Below, one piece after another: positions 28,015-37,702 of a DNA stretch of 64,000 nucleotides. The stretch comes from a virus. The stretch is taken from IMG/VR virus record IMGVR_UViG_3300048573_000442. The stretch is one strand, 5' to 3'. Both the position numbers and the translations under genes were made by a program. Under the pieces are notes generated by a model, which searched no databases, was not told the DNA's origin, and was given only the letters and a program-made list of their open reading frames with translations. Numbering within the stretch: position 1 is the stretch's first letter; every line of letters starts with the position of its first letter.

Positions 28015-28965
28015 TTAAACCGCCATTGTTGCTTTTATTACTGGATGATGTTTATACCCGATGATTTCAAAGTCTGACATTTTAAAATCATCGATGTTCT
28101 TGATACTCTTATTAATTGATAATGCGGGGGGTTCGAGAATAGTTCTAGATAACTGTTCTTCGACTTGAGGCAAATGATTTTTGTAGATGTGTGCGTCACC
28201 AATCGTCAAGATTAATTCGCCAGGTTCTAAATCAGTAACTTGCGCAATCATATGCGTCAATAGAGCATATGAAGCAATATTGAACGGGCACCCTAGAAAC
28301 AAGTCTTGGCTTCTAATATAGACTAAACAGTTTAGTCGGCCTTTTGCGCTAACATTAAAATTGGCAAACATATGACACGGAGGTAAAGCCATCTGATTTA
28401 ATTCGCCGACGTTATACGCTGTTAAAATCATCCGACGATCTTGTGGGTTAGTTTTAATCGTCTGAATAATATTGGCAACTTGATCGATATTGCGAACTTT
28501 TACCTTTGCCCCAAGGTAAGTATTCCCGCTTTCACCAGATGAAATATGATGATCGAAGCTTTCGATTTCATGCGACCTCCATTGCCTCCACTGCAACCCG
28601 TAAACTCGACCCAAATCATCTTCACCGAGCCGGTATTTATTCTTTAGCCAAGCATTTTCAGAGCCGGGTAAACCTGCTCCATTAGCATTGCCGCTCCAGA
28701 TAGTTGAACGCGTCTTATCCCCATAGGTAGTAAGGGCTAGATCTTTATTGTCTCGACTACTGCTTAAGAACCAAAGCAATTCGCCGGCGACAGGTTTCCA
28801 AAAAACCTGCTTAGTCGTCAAAAGTGGAAAACCTTCTTGCAAATCGCCGCGAATCTGGCGGCCAAATAATTTTCTGGTACCGACTCCAGTCCGATCCATA
28901 ACATCGTCGCCAGAGGTATAAACGTCCCGTAATAGGGATAGATATTCTTTTTCTAATTGATGCAT
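28015..28965 (-). CDS. thyA: Thymidylate synthase
   Basis: DRTGVGT, GFPLLTTK, ELLWFL, ALPPCH, RSQDLFLGCPFN, GDAHIYKNH. Confidence 0.97.
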   Translation of the reverse strand: MHQLEKEYLSLLRDVYTSGDDVMDRTGVGTRKLFGRQIRGDLQEGFPLLTTKQVFWKPVAGELLWFLSSSRDNKDLALTTYGDKTRSTIWSGNANGAGLPGSENAWLKNKYRLGEDDLGRVYGLQWRQWRSHEIESFDHHISSGESGNTYLGAKVKVRNIDQVANIIQTIKTNPQDRRMILTAYNVGELNQMALPPCHMFANFNVSAKGRLNCLVYIRSQDLFLGCPFNIASYALLTHMIAQVTDLEPGELILTIGDAHIYKNHLPQVEEQLSRTILEPPALSINKSIKNIDDFKMSDFEIIGYKHHPVIKATMAV

Positions 28966-28967
28966 TT

Positions 28968-29693
28968 TTATTCCTGTGTTTTAAAATCTTCTCGCGCCTT
29001 AAGGAATTGATCGACTTCCTCTTGACTGTATTCGTGTGGCTTTAATACATTTGGCACCACACGTAGTAAACAATCTCCCCTTGAAACAGTTCGCGAATCC
29101 TTCCAGAGCCCACGACCTTTCACCTTTAACAAAGTAAGAGGCTTTATGCCAGATGGAATACGAACTTGCATAGTTGCCCCATCAACCGTCTTAAAGTGTG
29201 TAAAACCTCCTGACATCATCATAAAGGGCGAAACTTCAATGTTTGAATAGATATTGCCGATTTGATTGGGGTCGACTTCAAACTCTGGGTCATCAATTTC
29301 TACTGTTATCCAGAAAAGCGTGTTATCACATTCAAACGGCGGCAAAAGTTCATTTTGTCTAGCCCCCGCGGGGATTTGAATGCTCTCGATTCGCGAAGCA
29401 CCAATTTGAATCTTTTTAGCACATCCCGTAAAAGCTTCAAGCGCTGTTATCTTTACGCGCATTCCGGTGGTAAAGGCGGGGAATGCATTACGGGATTGTC
29501 GCGGCTTTGCCGTTAAACTTTCATAAGCTTCTGAAATCTCCTTAAAGGTTTCAGCATCACCGCCTTTATCAGGGTGATGTTTACTTGCTAGTTTGCGATA
29601 CGCCGCTTTAATTTCATCTGCGGTCGCATCCTTTTCAATGCCTAGAATTCGATAATAATTTTTCATTTCAGAAGTCCACAAGGCTTGATACAA
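28968..29693 (-). CDS. dnaJ: DnaJ-like protein (J-domain plus C-terminal domain)
   Basis: YYRILG...[16 protein letters not shown]; LKVKGRGL...GDCLLRV. Confidence 0.88.
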   Translation of the reverse strand: MYQALWTSEMKNYYRILGIEKDATADEIKAAYRKLASKHHPDKGGDAETFKEISEAYESLTAKPRQSRNAFPAFTTGMRVKITALEAFTGCAKKIQIGASRIESIQIPAGARQNELLPPFECDNTLFWITVEIDDPEFEVDPNQIGNIYSNIEVSPFMMMSGGFTHFKTVDGATMQVRIPSGIKPLTLLKVKGRGLWKDSRTVSRGDCLLRVVPNVLKPHEYSQEEVDQFLKAREDFKTQE

Positions 29694-31041
29694 GAGCCTT
29701 TAATTCGCGCGAATACATTTTGTCAGCAGTGTCTTTTTCAAGTGAAGCTAAATGGTCTTTAAACCCGAGCAGCTCTTTTTCCAGTTCACTTATTTTGTCT
29801 TTAGTCAGATTCCAAATGCTCATGGCAAGTAGCCGCTCATATTCCGTAAACTTGTTACTAATAAGAAGTTCTATTAGATCTTTTTTGCCGGTATTTTTGA
29901 AAAGATTAGTATTCTTCAGGTAGAAGTTGATAAATCTAATCCGTTCAGATGCCCACGCAATATCAGCCTTGGCAACATCGATTAATTTCTGTCGACGGAT
30001 TTCAAACATTGAACTGCGCCAAGTTACGAATTCATTGACAACTTCTTCAGCATATTGCATTCGCCGAAGGATCCCGTCAATTCCCCACAGCGTAAAGTTT
30101 TCTGTGTCACGAGCAACCAATTTAAATTTCTTGTACAGCTCTTCAAGAGGTAATGCAGAAGTTGTTCGTGGGACTATGACAGTAAAGTCGAAACCATCTT
30201 CAGTTGAACGATCTTCATAGTCCTTAATGAATTCCTCATCCTCAAGCTTATTGAGATGTTCTTTATACTGGTCAAGATAAACGCCGATTGGCAATTCACT
30301 GATTTTGATAGTGGTAGTATTTACTACTTCCATTTTACCAGTGATAACGACTTGACCATTAATCTGATTGCGTTCGATGGAGCCTTTAAACCCCTTATAC
30401 CATGGGGTTAAACCCCCGTTAGTCAGGTTTTTGCCCTGTAAGACCGCCAGACACGCTGCAGCGATTTCTTTAGGGTTATAAGCCATAACCAAACAAGCGT
30501 GACCGGTGCCTGTTCCTTGCGCTCCATTGACTAATGTAATAGGCAACAGGGGCAAATAAGTTACTGGCTCAATTTTCTCACCATCTGTCTGATTGTATTC
30601 GAGAATGCAATCATCTGCCTTAGGGAATAGCATTCGGAAATAAGGTGTCAGCTTGGTCTCGATATATCGTGCAGCTGCTGGGTCAGCAGTGAGTCGCGAA
30701 CCAAATTGGCCTTCAGGTTCAAATAGGTTCATGTTATTGGAGCCAGCATACTTATTTGCTAAGCCGATAATAGTCGATTGCATCGACCCTACCCCGTGAT
30801 GGTAGTCAGTCGACGCAGCACAATGTGCAGAAAGCCGTTCGACTGAAAGTAAACCGGCATTTTCACCACGAACTTGGGTCCCGTGAATAGCTTTACGCTG
30901 GCTTGGCTTTAAGCCATCAGTCAATTTCGGAATGCTCCGAACGTTGTCATAAAGCGAAAATTCTTTAAAAGCGGTGTTAACGAAATTCCTCGCAGCAATT
31001 CTACGAATTCCAGAAGATTGGGGTTTCGGTTTGGCAACCAT
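29668..31041 (-). CDS. 52: Type II topoisomerase medium subunit (gp52/GyrA-like)
   Basis: [43 protein letters not shown]. Confidence 0.95.
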   Translation of the reverse strand: MVAKPKPQSSGIRRIAARNFVNTAFKEFSLYDNVRSIPKLTDGLKPSQRKAIHGTQVRGENAGLLSVERLSAHCAASTDYHHGVGSMQSTIIGLANKYAGSNNMNLFEPEGQFGSRLTADPAAARYIETKLTPYFRMLFPKADDCILEYNQTDGEKIEPVTYLPLLPITLVNGAQGTGTGHACLVMAYNPKEIAAACLAVLQGKNLTNGGLTPWYKGFKGSIERNQINGQVVITGKMEVVNTTTIKISELPIGVYLDQYKEHLNKLEDEEFIKDYEDRSTEDGFDFTVIVPRTTSALPLEELYKKFKLVARDTENFTLWGIDGILRRMQYAEEVVNEFVTWRSSMFEIRRQKLIDVAKADIAWASERIRFINFYLKNTNLFKNTGKKDLIELLISNKFTEYERLLAMSIWNLTKDKISELEKELLGFKDHLASLEKDTADKMYSRELKALVSSLVDF

Positions 31042-31186
31042 TTGATTTCCTTTTTATTGATTTTAATCCCGATGCTAGATAATGAAAACAAAATCTATTG
31101 GATTAGATGTGTCCCTTATGAACACTTTTGCGCAAGAGAAAGATGAACCGGCTTTGGAATTGCGTTGTTCCTAAAGCCGTGAGAAT

Positions 31187-31796
31187 TTATTTCTTTGGTT
31201 GCGAAACAAAATCTTCAAAATTTCCAGCTGGAGTTTCCAACCAAGCTTTGCGATCATCTGCGCGATCGCCGCTAAATGCGAGGTCAATAGATTCTCGATC
31301 TTCTGGATCATCCATTGTGATCTGAAACAGGTACTTATCTGGATTTTCCATGTAAGGGATAAAATCTACAGTCTTAGTAGTTCCTAACCCCTTATAGTAA
31401 CGATGAGACCATCCTTTATTTTTTGAACCGGTTGTTTCTGACCAGTCTTTAAATTCTCGCTCAGTAAAGAATTCTAATACGCTTTTGTCCTTTAAGGTAA
31501 CTTTTACGACAGGGGTTCTAAGGATATGAACGAAACCCATGTCAAATAATTCTGGCCAGAATTTGTCAAACAAATTCATAAGGAGACCTGAAATATGTGC
31601 GCCAAAAATCCTAATATATTTTAAGTATGTAGATGGTTAGCCGAAGCTAACCATCTACATCGGAATCCGTTGCGAAAATGACCTTACCAAAATTAAGTTT
31701 TGGTGCACGACAGCGACTTACACCCTTAGTTTGTTTATAACCTGCCATTTGTGTTGCTGTAGGCTTGAGATTCCGTGATGTAACTTTGATTTGCAT
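31187..31796 (-). CDS. 60: Type II topoisomerase small subunit (gp60-like), interrupted by a 49-nt coding gap; predicted 186 aa via ribosomal bypassing
   Basis: 31796-31650 encodes MQIK...VIFATDSDVDG then TAG; after a 49-nt gap 31600-31187 resumes AHISGLLMNLFDKFWPEL...YYKGLGT...DDRKAWL, restoring the TOPRIM DxDxDG-x-HI motif. Confidence 0.9.
31601..31660 (-). promoter_or_regulatory. Translational bypassing (hop) cassette
   Basis: Take-off GGT 31652-31650, TAG 31649-31647, perfect 15-bp stem with C-UUCG-G loop (31627-31660), AGGA 31612-31609, landing GGC 31603-31601. Confidence 0.85.
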
Positions 31797-31824
31797 ATTT
31801 TACCCCTAAAAATTCTTAATACTA

Positions 31825-33450
31825 TTATAACAGCGAACTGATTTTAACTAGTGCTCCATCCACTTCAATAGAATCATTCTCGTTTACCAACTTCTTCACC
31901 CCATTAATTTCGATTTCAACCCATTCGCCGTCTGGCATTGGTTCAGTTTCTACTTTTTCTCCTATTTTCAAACCAATGATCGTTAAAATCTTTTGGATTT
32001 CATTAGGTTCAGTCTTACCTTCTTTTTTCTTGTCAAGCCCAAGAACGCGGGCAATCTCCTTTTGGCGTACATTAAGAAGCTTTCCTCGCAGGGGGTATGT
32101 TCCGATGTAGGGAGTTTTGCCACGCGCTGCAAACAAGCTTTTTGCGGCCGAATCCCCCTCCGCCAGCATCAAATTACAACGATATCGATCTTTCTTTTCC
32201 AGTGCATCGCAAAATTTATTTACTCGGCGATAATTTGTCTTCTCTACATCTTTATTCAGCTTGCGAAGTTCCTTCATTTCTTCTTGATGCTGCTTAGCTG
32301 CAGCCCAGTCCAAAATATTCTGAATAATACTCGACTTGATAATTTTGCTGATCATCTTGTCTGGAACTGCCCAACTTGTTTTGTAGTCTTTTACTTCCGT
32401 GATTAGATCATCTTTGGTTTGACTAGAATAGCGAGGATTAACAATAGAGCAATCAATGAACAATGTCATATGCTGACGCAATTCGGATGGTTTAATATCC
32501 GTTTTGAACTTCTTCTTTATATGCTCTCGAATTCGTTCCCAAATCTGCATTCCAGTATACATGACATGGGTCCCGCCGGATTTCGTATTAGTTCCGTTCA
32601 CAAATGAAATCTGCTGGAATCCGTCTTCAGAACTAGCAACTGCAATTTTCCAATGTTCAGTTTCATCATACGCATAGTCCTCGCCTTCAGGAATATACAT
32701 TTCGATATAATCTTTGAAACTTTTAGTTGGAATTCGTTCCCCATTCCAATACACTTTTAGATAGGGATTTAAACCTGCAACATCAGCTACACGCTTTTGT
32801 AGCATTGCCATGTTATCATCTGTTAAAGTGGTTCCCAAACGTGCCCAATCAGGGTAATATGTAATTCGCGTATAACCCTTAGAATCGGCCGCAGGAGTAA
32901 TTTTTGCAGTAGACCGACTTTGCGAATTTTCAGTAAACACCATTTTAAATTTGTTTTTGCTGTCGCATGTTTCAACGATGAACTTTGTTGAAAAGATGCA
33001 TGAAAGTGCCGAGCCCTCACCATTCTGCCCCGTGAGCATCGATTCATCGCTATCATCAAAATTTGAACCAGCACGCAGTTCAAAAATCATTTCTGGAATC
33101 CATTGGCCGTATTCTGCATGCTTGATAACGGGAATTCCACCATTATCGAAAATGCTGATAGATCCTTCTTCCTGATTTACATCAACTCGAATCGTATCGA
33201 GGCCTTTCCCCTCTGGCCGCTTAGAATGATCTACTGAATTAGAAATAATTTCATCAAACAGCTTAATGAAGCCAGGATTATATGTTACTTCGCGTTTTAA
33301 CATCCTCTTAGATAAAGGGTCATATGTAAACGCGTTTTCTGTATGAGGAGTGATCGCCCCAATATATCGACCAGGTCGAGTTAGAACGTGTTCAACTTCG
33401 TTTAGTTTTCGATATTTTTGTTCTAAGCTTTTATTCTTTTGCTGTGTCAT
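31825..33450 (-). CDS. 39: Type II topoisomerase large subunit (gp39; ATPase plus first half of TOPRIM)
   Basis: EHVLTRPGRYIG, FDEIISNSVD, DNGGIP, GQNGEG, AEGDSA, PLRGKLLN; ends before the DxD motif. Confidence 0.95.
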   Translation of the reverse strand: MTQQKNKSLEQKYRKLNEVEHVLTRPGRYIGAITPHTENAFTYDPLSKRMLKREVTYNPGFIKLFDEIISNSVDHSKRPEGKGLDTIRVDVNQEEGSISIFDNGGIPVIKHAEYGQWIPEMIFELRAGSNFDDSDESMLTGQNGEGSALSCIFSTKFIVETCDSKNKFKMVFTENSQSRSTAKITPAADSKGYTRITYYPDWARLGTTLTDDNMAMLQKRVADVAGLNPYLKVYWNGERIPTKSFKDYIEMYIPEGEDYAYDETEHWKIAVASSEDGFQQISFVNGTNTKSGGTHVMYTGMQIWERIREHIKKKFKTDIKPSELRQHMTLFIDCSIVNPRYSSQTKDDLITEVKDYKTSWAVPDKMISKIIKSSIIQNILDWAAAKQHQEEMKELRKLNKDVEKTNYRRVNKFCDALEKKDRYRCNLMLAEGDSAAKSLFAARGKTPYIGTYPLRGKLLNVRQKEIARVLGLDKKKEGKTEPNEIQKILTIIGLKIGEKVETEPMPDGEWVEIEINGVKKLVNENDSIEVDGALVKISSLL

Positions 33451-33501
33451 AAATTTTTAAAAAGTTGAAAATTAGATTTTACCAATAAAGTGATCAAAAA
33501 G

Positions 33502-34188
33502 TTATCTTACCTTTTCTGCAACGTCAAAGAAATTTGACCCGTCGCGCCTAAGTTCGCCAATTTTGTGCCCGTCTATTTTGTAAGCTGCAGAAGGGATTAA
33601 TTTCCCAGTGTGGGCAACATGTGCTCCTAGAGAAATAAGTTGAAGTTTTTGTTCATCTGTCATTAACGGCAAAAGCTTTTTGCCAGCATGGGCAAACATG
33701 ACATACTCACCGCCTATGAGTTGCGCCCATTGCTTATCGGTTAGTTTTCGTCTTGCCAGAACGTAAAGCCATTGAAGTTTATTTTCAAACTGTTTTTCGG
33801 TTGCTAGTTTAAAGATCATTTCCCCGATGCTATCTTCATCGGGTTGAATATCGACTAAATCTTTGCCGCTAATAATAAAAAGGTAACCAATTCTTTCTTT
33901 CCATCGTAAAGCCATGCTTTTAGACCCTGCAACATCACCTCCCAACGCGTATATTTGGGCGTAGCCTATATCAGGGGTTATATACACTTTACCACTAACA
34001 GGGACGAGGTTTGGTTTTTTAGATGGCGACCTATTAGGCATTACCACATTGCCAGGCTCAATTCCATTTTTTAGAATGGATATGCCAGCTTCTTCTGATG
34101 AAGTGCCGTGATAGTAAACTATTTCCCGATGTGATTCTAATGGCTTAGCCATTTCCATCAGTTCATGTATTAGCATAAATTGCCCCAT
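33502..34188 (-). CDS. ADP-ribosyltransferase-like protein (H-Y-x clade); probable start at 34176 (MLIHELMEM)
   Basis: YYHGTS...ILKNGI...VYITPDIGYAQIYA. Confidence 0.6.
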   Translation of the reverse strand: MGQFMLIHELMEMAKPLESHREIVYYHGTSSEEAGISILKNGIEPGNVVMPNRSPSKKPNLVPVSGKVYITPDIGYAQIYALGGDVAGSKSMALRWKERIGYLFIISGKDLVDIQPDEDSIGEMIFKLATEKQFENKLQWLYVLARRKLTDKQWAQLIGGEYVMFAHAGKKLLPLMTDEQKLQLISLGAHVAHTGKLIPSAAYKIDGHKIGELRRDGSNFFDVAEKVR

Positions 34189-34236
34189 TAATCCGTTAAA
34201 TGGATATTTATGCTTTAGAAGCGCATTATGAAACTT

Positions 34237-34302
34237 GGACTTGGGCCTGCTTTAAAAAGCGCTGAAACAAGACCTCCTACGGCGCTAGGCTAAGTCCTTT
34301 TT
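34237..34302 (+). ncRNA. Candidate structured small RNA or terminator with an anti-SD-like loop
   Basis: Nested stems GGACTT/AAGTCC, GGCCT/AGGCT, AGCGCTG/CGGCGCT; loop contains GACCTCCTA; followed by T5. Confidence 0.35.
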
Positions 34303-34307
34303 CAACC

Positions 34308-34757
34308 TTAAGAAATTGCTAAAAGCTCAAGGTAAAAGGCAAAGTATTTTTCCATGCGTTCCATATCCTTTTTTGATACTACTTTGAGGCGGCGAATATC
34401 TGTATTGTGCGTCAAGTCTGCTTTCTTGACCGTAATGGCATCAGCATTACTTTTCACCTTTTCTTTGTATTCTTCATAGCTTTCTCCTGGAACTTTAGTC
34501 AAGCACCTAATTCCATCAATAACGCGCTCGGAAAACCCAAGTTCCCGAAGTTCGCTATACGAAACGCCGCAATCTTCCACGATATCATGGCCTATAGCTA
34601 TACAGCGAAGTTCTTCATCCACATCACCAAGCAGGTACATTACCGAAAGTGGGTGCAATACGTAAGGATTACCGCCTTTATCAAATTGGCCAGCGTGCTT
34701 GTTGGTTGCAAGTACCAACATTTTGGAAAGTTGTTCGCCCTTCATAATTTTCTCCAT
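34308..34757 (-). CDS. HD-domain (p)ppGpp hydrolase-like protein (SpoT-HD/Mesh1 type)
   Basis: HAGQFDKGGNPYVLHPLSV...AIGHDIVED...VKKADLTHN. Confidence 0.85.
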   Translation of the reverse strand: MEKIMKGEQLSKMLVLATNKHAGQFDKGGNPYVLHPLSVMYLLGDVDEELRCIAIGHDIVEDCGVSYSELRELGFSERVIDGIRCLTKVPGESYEEYKEKVKSNADAITVKKADLTHNTDIRRLKVVSKKDMERMEKYFAFYLELLAIS

Positions 34758-35007
34758 TTAATATTCACCACCGAATGCACGCCCCAGAATCAAAAATTGC
34801 AAAAAGCACAAAAATAAAACCAATAATGAACATTATACCGGCAATAGATGTAGTTACTACATCTAAGTTGTTAGGTTCGAAAATAATAGAGGCCAAAATT
34901 AGCATAGAACCGATTATTGAATTGGTATATTTTTCATATGACAATATAGTTTTGTGTGGTGCATATGAAAATTATACTACGAAAGCCAGCATGTTTATGT
35001 GCCAAGT

Positions 35008-35015
35008 TATAAATA
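35008..35015 (+). promoter_or_regulatory. T4-type late promoter TATAAATA
   Basis: Exact match 30 nt upstream of ATG 35045. Confidence 0.7.
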
Positions 35016-35044
35016 TTATAACTTGGCAACTACACTAACAATCT

Positions 35045-35584
35045 ATGAAACTACTACAACTACTCGAAAACATGACTTCACAATTTCCTACTTCTAAAGA
35101 AGAGGTTGAAATTGTTCTTAAGAAACACAATATCGAAAATTACAAAATCAACGGCGACCTGTCCGTTGATGTAGATGGAGATGTAGTTTTATTCAACGAC
35201 AAGAAGTTGGTTTCAATTCCTGTCAATTTCGGCAAAGTCAGCGGGCGTTTTAATTGCTATAATAGCCGATTGACTTCTTTAAAGGGCGCACCTAGAGAAG
35301 TTGGTGGGGATTTTTGGTGCGCTGGCAACAAATTAACTTCTTTAAAAGGTGCACCTTTGGAAGTAGGCGGGAATTTTTCGTGCTATAGCAACGAATTAAC
35401 GTCCTTACAAGGTGCACCTAGAGAGATAGTTGGGAATTTTGATTGCTCTCATAACCAATTAACATCCTTACAAGGTGCACCTAGAGAAGTCGGTGGGCAT
35501 TTTGATGCTTTAAAAAACCCGAATTTAAAATCTCTTGACGGAATTGGTACAGTCTATGGAGGAATTTTAACCGATTTAAAATGA
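35045..35584 (+). CDS. 21-residue LRR-like repeat protein (4 repeats plus cap)
   Basis: GGxFxCxxNxLTSLxGAPREV repeats. Confidence 0.85.
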   Translation: MKLLQLLENMTSQFPTSKEEVEIVLKKHNIENYKINGDLSVDVDGDVVLFNDKKLVSIPVNFGKVSGRFNCYNSRLTSLKGAPREVGGDFWCAGNKLTSLKGAPLEVGGNFSCYSNELTSLQGAPREIVGNFDCSHNQLTSLQGAPREVGGHFDALKNPNLKSLDGIGTVYGGILTDLK

Positions 35585-35612
35585 ATGCTGGTTAAACTGC
35601 ATTTGGGACATT

Positions 35613-36047
35613 ATGAAAATTTCAGAACTTTTTGAATCAAGAGACGAAGCGCAAGTCAAAAAGGATTACATCAGATGGAAACAGCTTGTCAACTTACAGA
35701 CTAAAACGCTTGAAAAATTCCTCGATAGTGAAGAAGGTCGCAAGGCAGGTTTAAGCCCAAAAGAGGCTAAAGCTGCAGGCAACATTAAAACTGGGCGAGG
35801 TTCCGCCCGAGCAATTCTAAGAATGCGCTCTAAGCCATTTAGCGAATGGTCAACTGAAGACATCAATTGGATGTACAGGCAGATTAGCTTTGTGTCAAGG
35901 ATGAGCGGCATGGAAGGCGCACTTTTTAAAGTTGATAAGCACGGAAACAAAAACCCCACACGCAAGCTAACAAGCTTATTGGTGTGGGGTCATAAACCTA
36001 CGGGGATCAAATTTCGGATCGTTGACGGTAAAGTTAAAGTTCTTTAA
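35613..36047 (+). CDS. DUF3140-like protein
   Basis: WKQLVNL...LEKFL...GRGSARAILRM...RQISFVSRM resembles the DUF3140 pattern as recalled. Confidence 0.4.
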   Translation: MKISELFESRDEAQVKKDYIRWKQLVNLQTKTLEKFLDSEEGRKAGLSPKEAKAAGNIKTGRGSARAILRMRSKPFSEWSTEDINWMYRQISFVSRMSGMEGALFKVDKHGNKNPTRKLTSLLVWGHKPTGIKFRIVDGKVKVL

Positions 36048-36575
36048 TCTTTAGTAAGCTTGATTGCTTCAAGGGTAAGTTTAATGTCTGCCCAAGAAAC
36101 GGGCGCATAGATGTTAGCATCGACGCCAACATCGTAACGCCGGTTGGTTCCATTAGTCGGCTCAGAACTATGAACGTGACCGTGTAGCATAAAGGATCCG
36201 TAGAACGCACGATTCCAAGATAACATTGGATAATGACACATCACCACCGGAATGTTATCAATTTTATCCTCATGTAGATCAGGATAAATTTTCTCAAATA
36301 GTTTTTGAATCGGGAACTGATTGCGAATCATTCTATCATGATTGCCAAAGACTAAATGCTTCTTGCCATTTAGGCGACTTAGGATTTCTGAAGCTCTGCT
36401 TGCGCTGCAAAAGAAAATATCCCCTAGCAGCCAAACCTTCCCATCAGCAGGAACCTTTAGGTTCCAATTTGCGATAAGGGCTTCGTCCATTTCTTCAACG
36501 GTTGAGAATGGTCGATTGCAGTATTGAATAATTTTTTCATGCCCAAAATGCAAATCCGAAGTAAAAAACAATTCA
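36044..36575 (-). CDS. Calcineurin-like metallophosphoesterase (start probably at the second Met, MSELFF)
   Basis: TSDLHFGH, LLGD, GNHD, HYP, HGHVH, DVGVD. Confidence 0.9.
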
Positions 36576-37058
36576 CTCATTATTTTCCTCTTCGATGGAT
36601 TTTGCAACCAGGGCACAAAGCTCGCTCGCATTCATCTGTTCTGCGCCCTCAATACCTGCCAAAAAAGCTTGATGGTTGAGCTTATCTCGATAATTTGACA
36701 TTAGCGCAATGCCTTCACATTTCATGACTGCCGACATCCAAACCGGACCAAATGAATATCGAATGCCGTTCGGAGCTGGTGTAAGAATTCGCTTACCTTT
36801 AAGAGTGATCTTAATCTTGGGAGGAATGTCCTCTTTAGGTGTAGGAACTGCAGTTAGTGAACGAACCAATGAAACAATTGCCATATCTCCTTCTGCATCA
36901 ACAGCCTTTTCGGCCTCAAAGCAAGCTGAAGAAAAGCCTTCGTCTTCCGGTTTCATGCCAATCGGAAGTTGATCAATAATACGCTGTAGCAAGGTATTCA
37001 TGACGGTGTCATGTGGACGGAGTGGAAGGTTGAGAGCATTGGCAACTTGTTGAAACAT
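36573..37058 (-). CDS. Hypothetical protein
   Basis: 161-aa ORF. Confidence 0.55.
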   Translation of the reverse strand: MFQQVANALNLPLRPHDTVMNTLLQRIIDQLPIGMKPEDEGFSSACFEAEKAVDAEGDMAIVSLVRSLTAVPTPKEDIPPKIKITLKGKRILTPAPNGIRYSFGPVWMSAVMKCEGIALMSNYRDKLNHQAFLAGIEGAEQMNASELCALVAKSIEEENNE

Positions 37059-37130
37059 ATTTTTCCTAAATGTGAATTAAATTACTATTAGCGTGAAGAA
37101 CTTTTAAAACCCGAATTTGGAAACTTATCG

Positions 37131-37418
37131 TTAGTACTTGATAAGTTTCACCAGCTTAAAGCCGTCCCGAACACTTTTTTCAAACACCTTGACAGGAGTA
37201 AACAGCCCTTCATCAAGGTCAGGGTCGCACTGAAATATAGTGTATGTGATGCGGTTCACGCAGACAAAAATCCCCTCATTTTCCCTAATTTGAATAGCTT
37301 CTAATGGCAGTAGCTCATTATCCCATAGCAAAATAGCGCTCTCAGATTTTGCAGTTTTGATGAGAGCTTCGAATAAACCTTTTGCCGCTAGCCATCGTTT
37401 AGTATGTTGCTTGTTCAT
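37131..37418 (-). CDS. Hypothetical protein
   Basis: 95-aa ORF. Confidence 0.55.
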   Translation of the reverse strand: MNKQHTKRWLAAKGLFEALIKTAKSESAILLWDNELLPLEAIQIRENEGIFVCVNRITYTIFQCDPDLDEGLFTPVKVFEKSVRDGFKLVKLIKY

Positions 37419-37449
37419 TTTTCAGTTTCTATAAAAATTTAGAACATTT

Positions 37450-37692
37450 TTACAATGCTCCGATAGGAGCAATCGAACACCGAAAACATTCGACAACGCT
37501 ATCGTCTTCGGCAAAAGTAAACCCGAGGCGGCCAGTCTGTTCATGTTCGACCACCCCAGTTACAGTGTTGACTTTTAAACCAGATTTAAATGGCTTTGGT
37601 TGAAATTGGCTGGCAGTTTTATGGTTTTTCCAAACCTTACTGCCGATCATGGCATTCCATTTAGCAACATCTTGTTCTGTAAATTGTTTCAT
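37450..37692 (-). CDS. Hypothetical protein
   Basis: 80-aa ORF. Confidence 0.55.
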   Translation of the reverse strand: MKQFTEQDVAKWNAMIGSKVWKNHKTASQFQPKPFKSGLKVNTVTGVVEHEQTGRLGFTFAEDDSVVECFRCSIAPIGAL

Positions 37693-37702
37693 GTTTAACC
37701 TT

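Noticed and set aside
31187-31579. Treating the 130-aa track ORF as a complete stand-alone gene
   Set aside because: It lacks an SD and the catalytic DxDxDG; the conserved sequence continues upstream across the 49-nt gap.
31601-31649. Group I/II intron or intein in the topoisomerase gene
   Set aside because: The gap is only 49 nt with no intron core or splice-site features; there are no intein Cys/His-Asn termini, and 49 is not a multiple of 3.
34775-35038. Plus-strand 87-aa ORF
   Set aside because: More likely the shadow of a small minus-strand membrane ORF (…SIIGSMLILASIIF…IRW*) whose start codon is uncertain, so neither is called.
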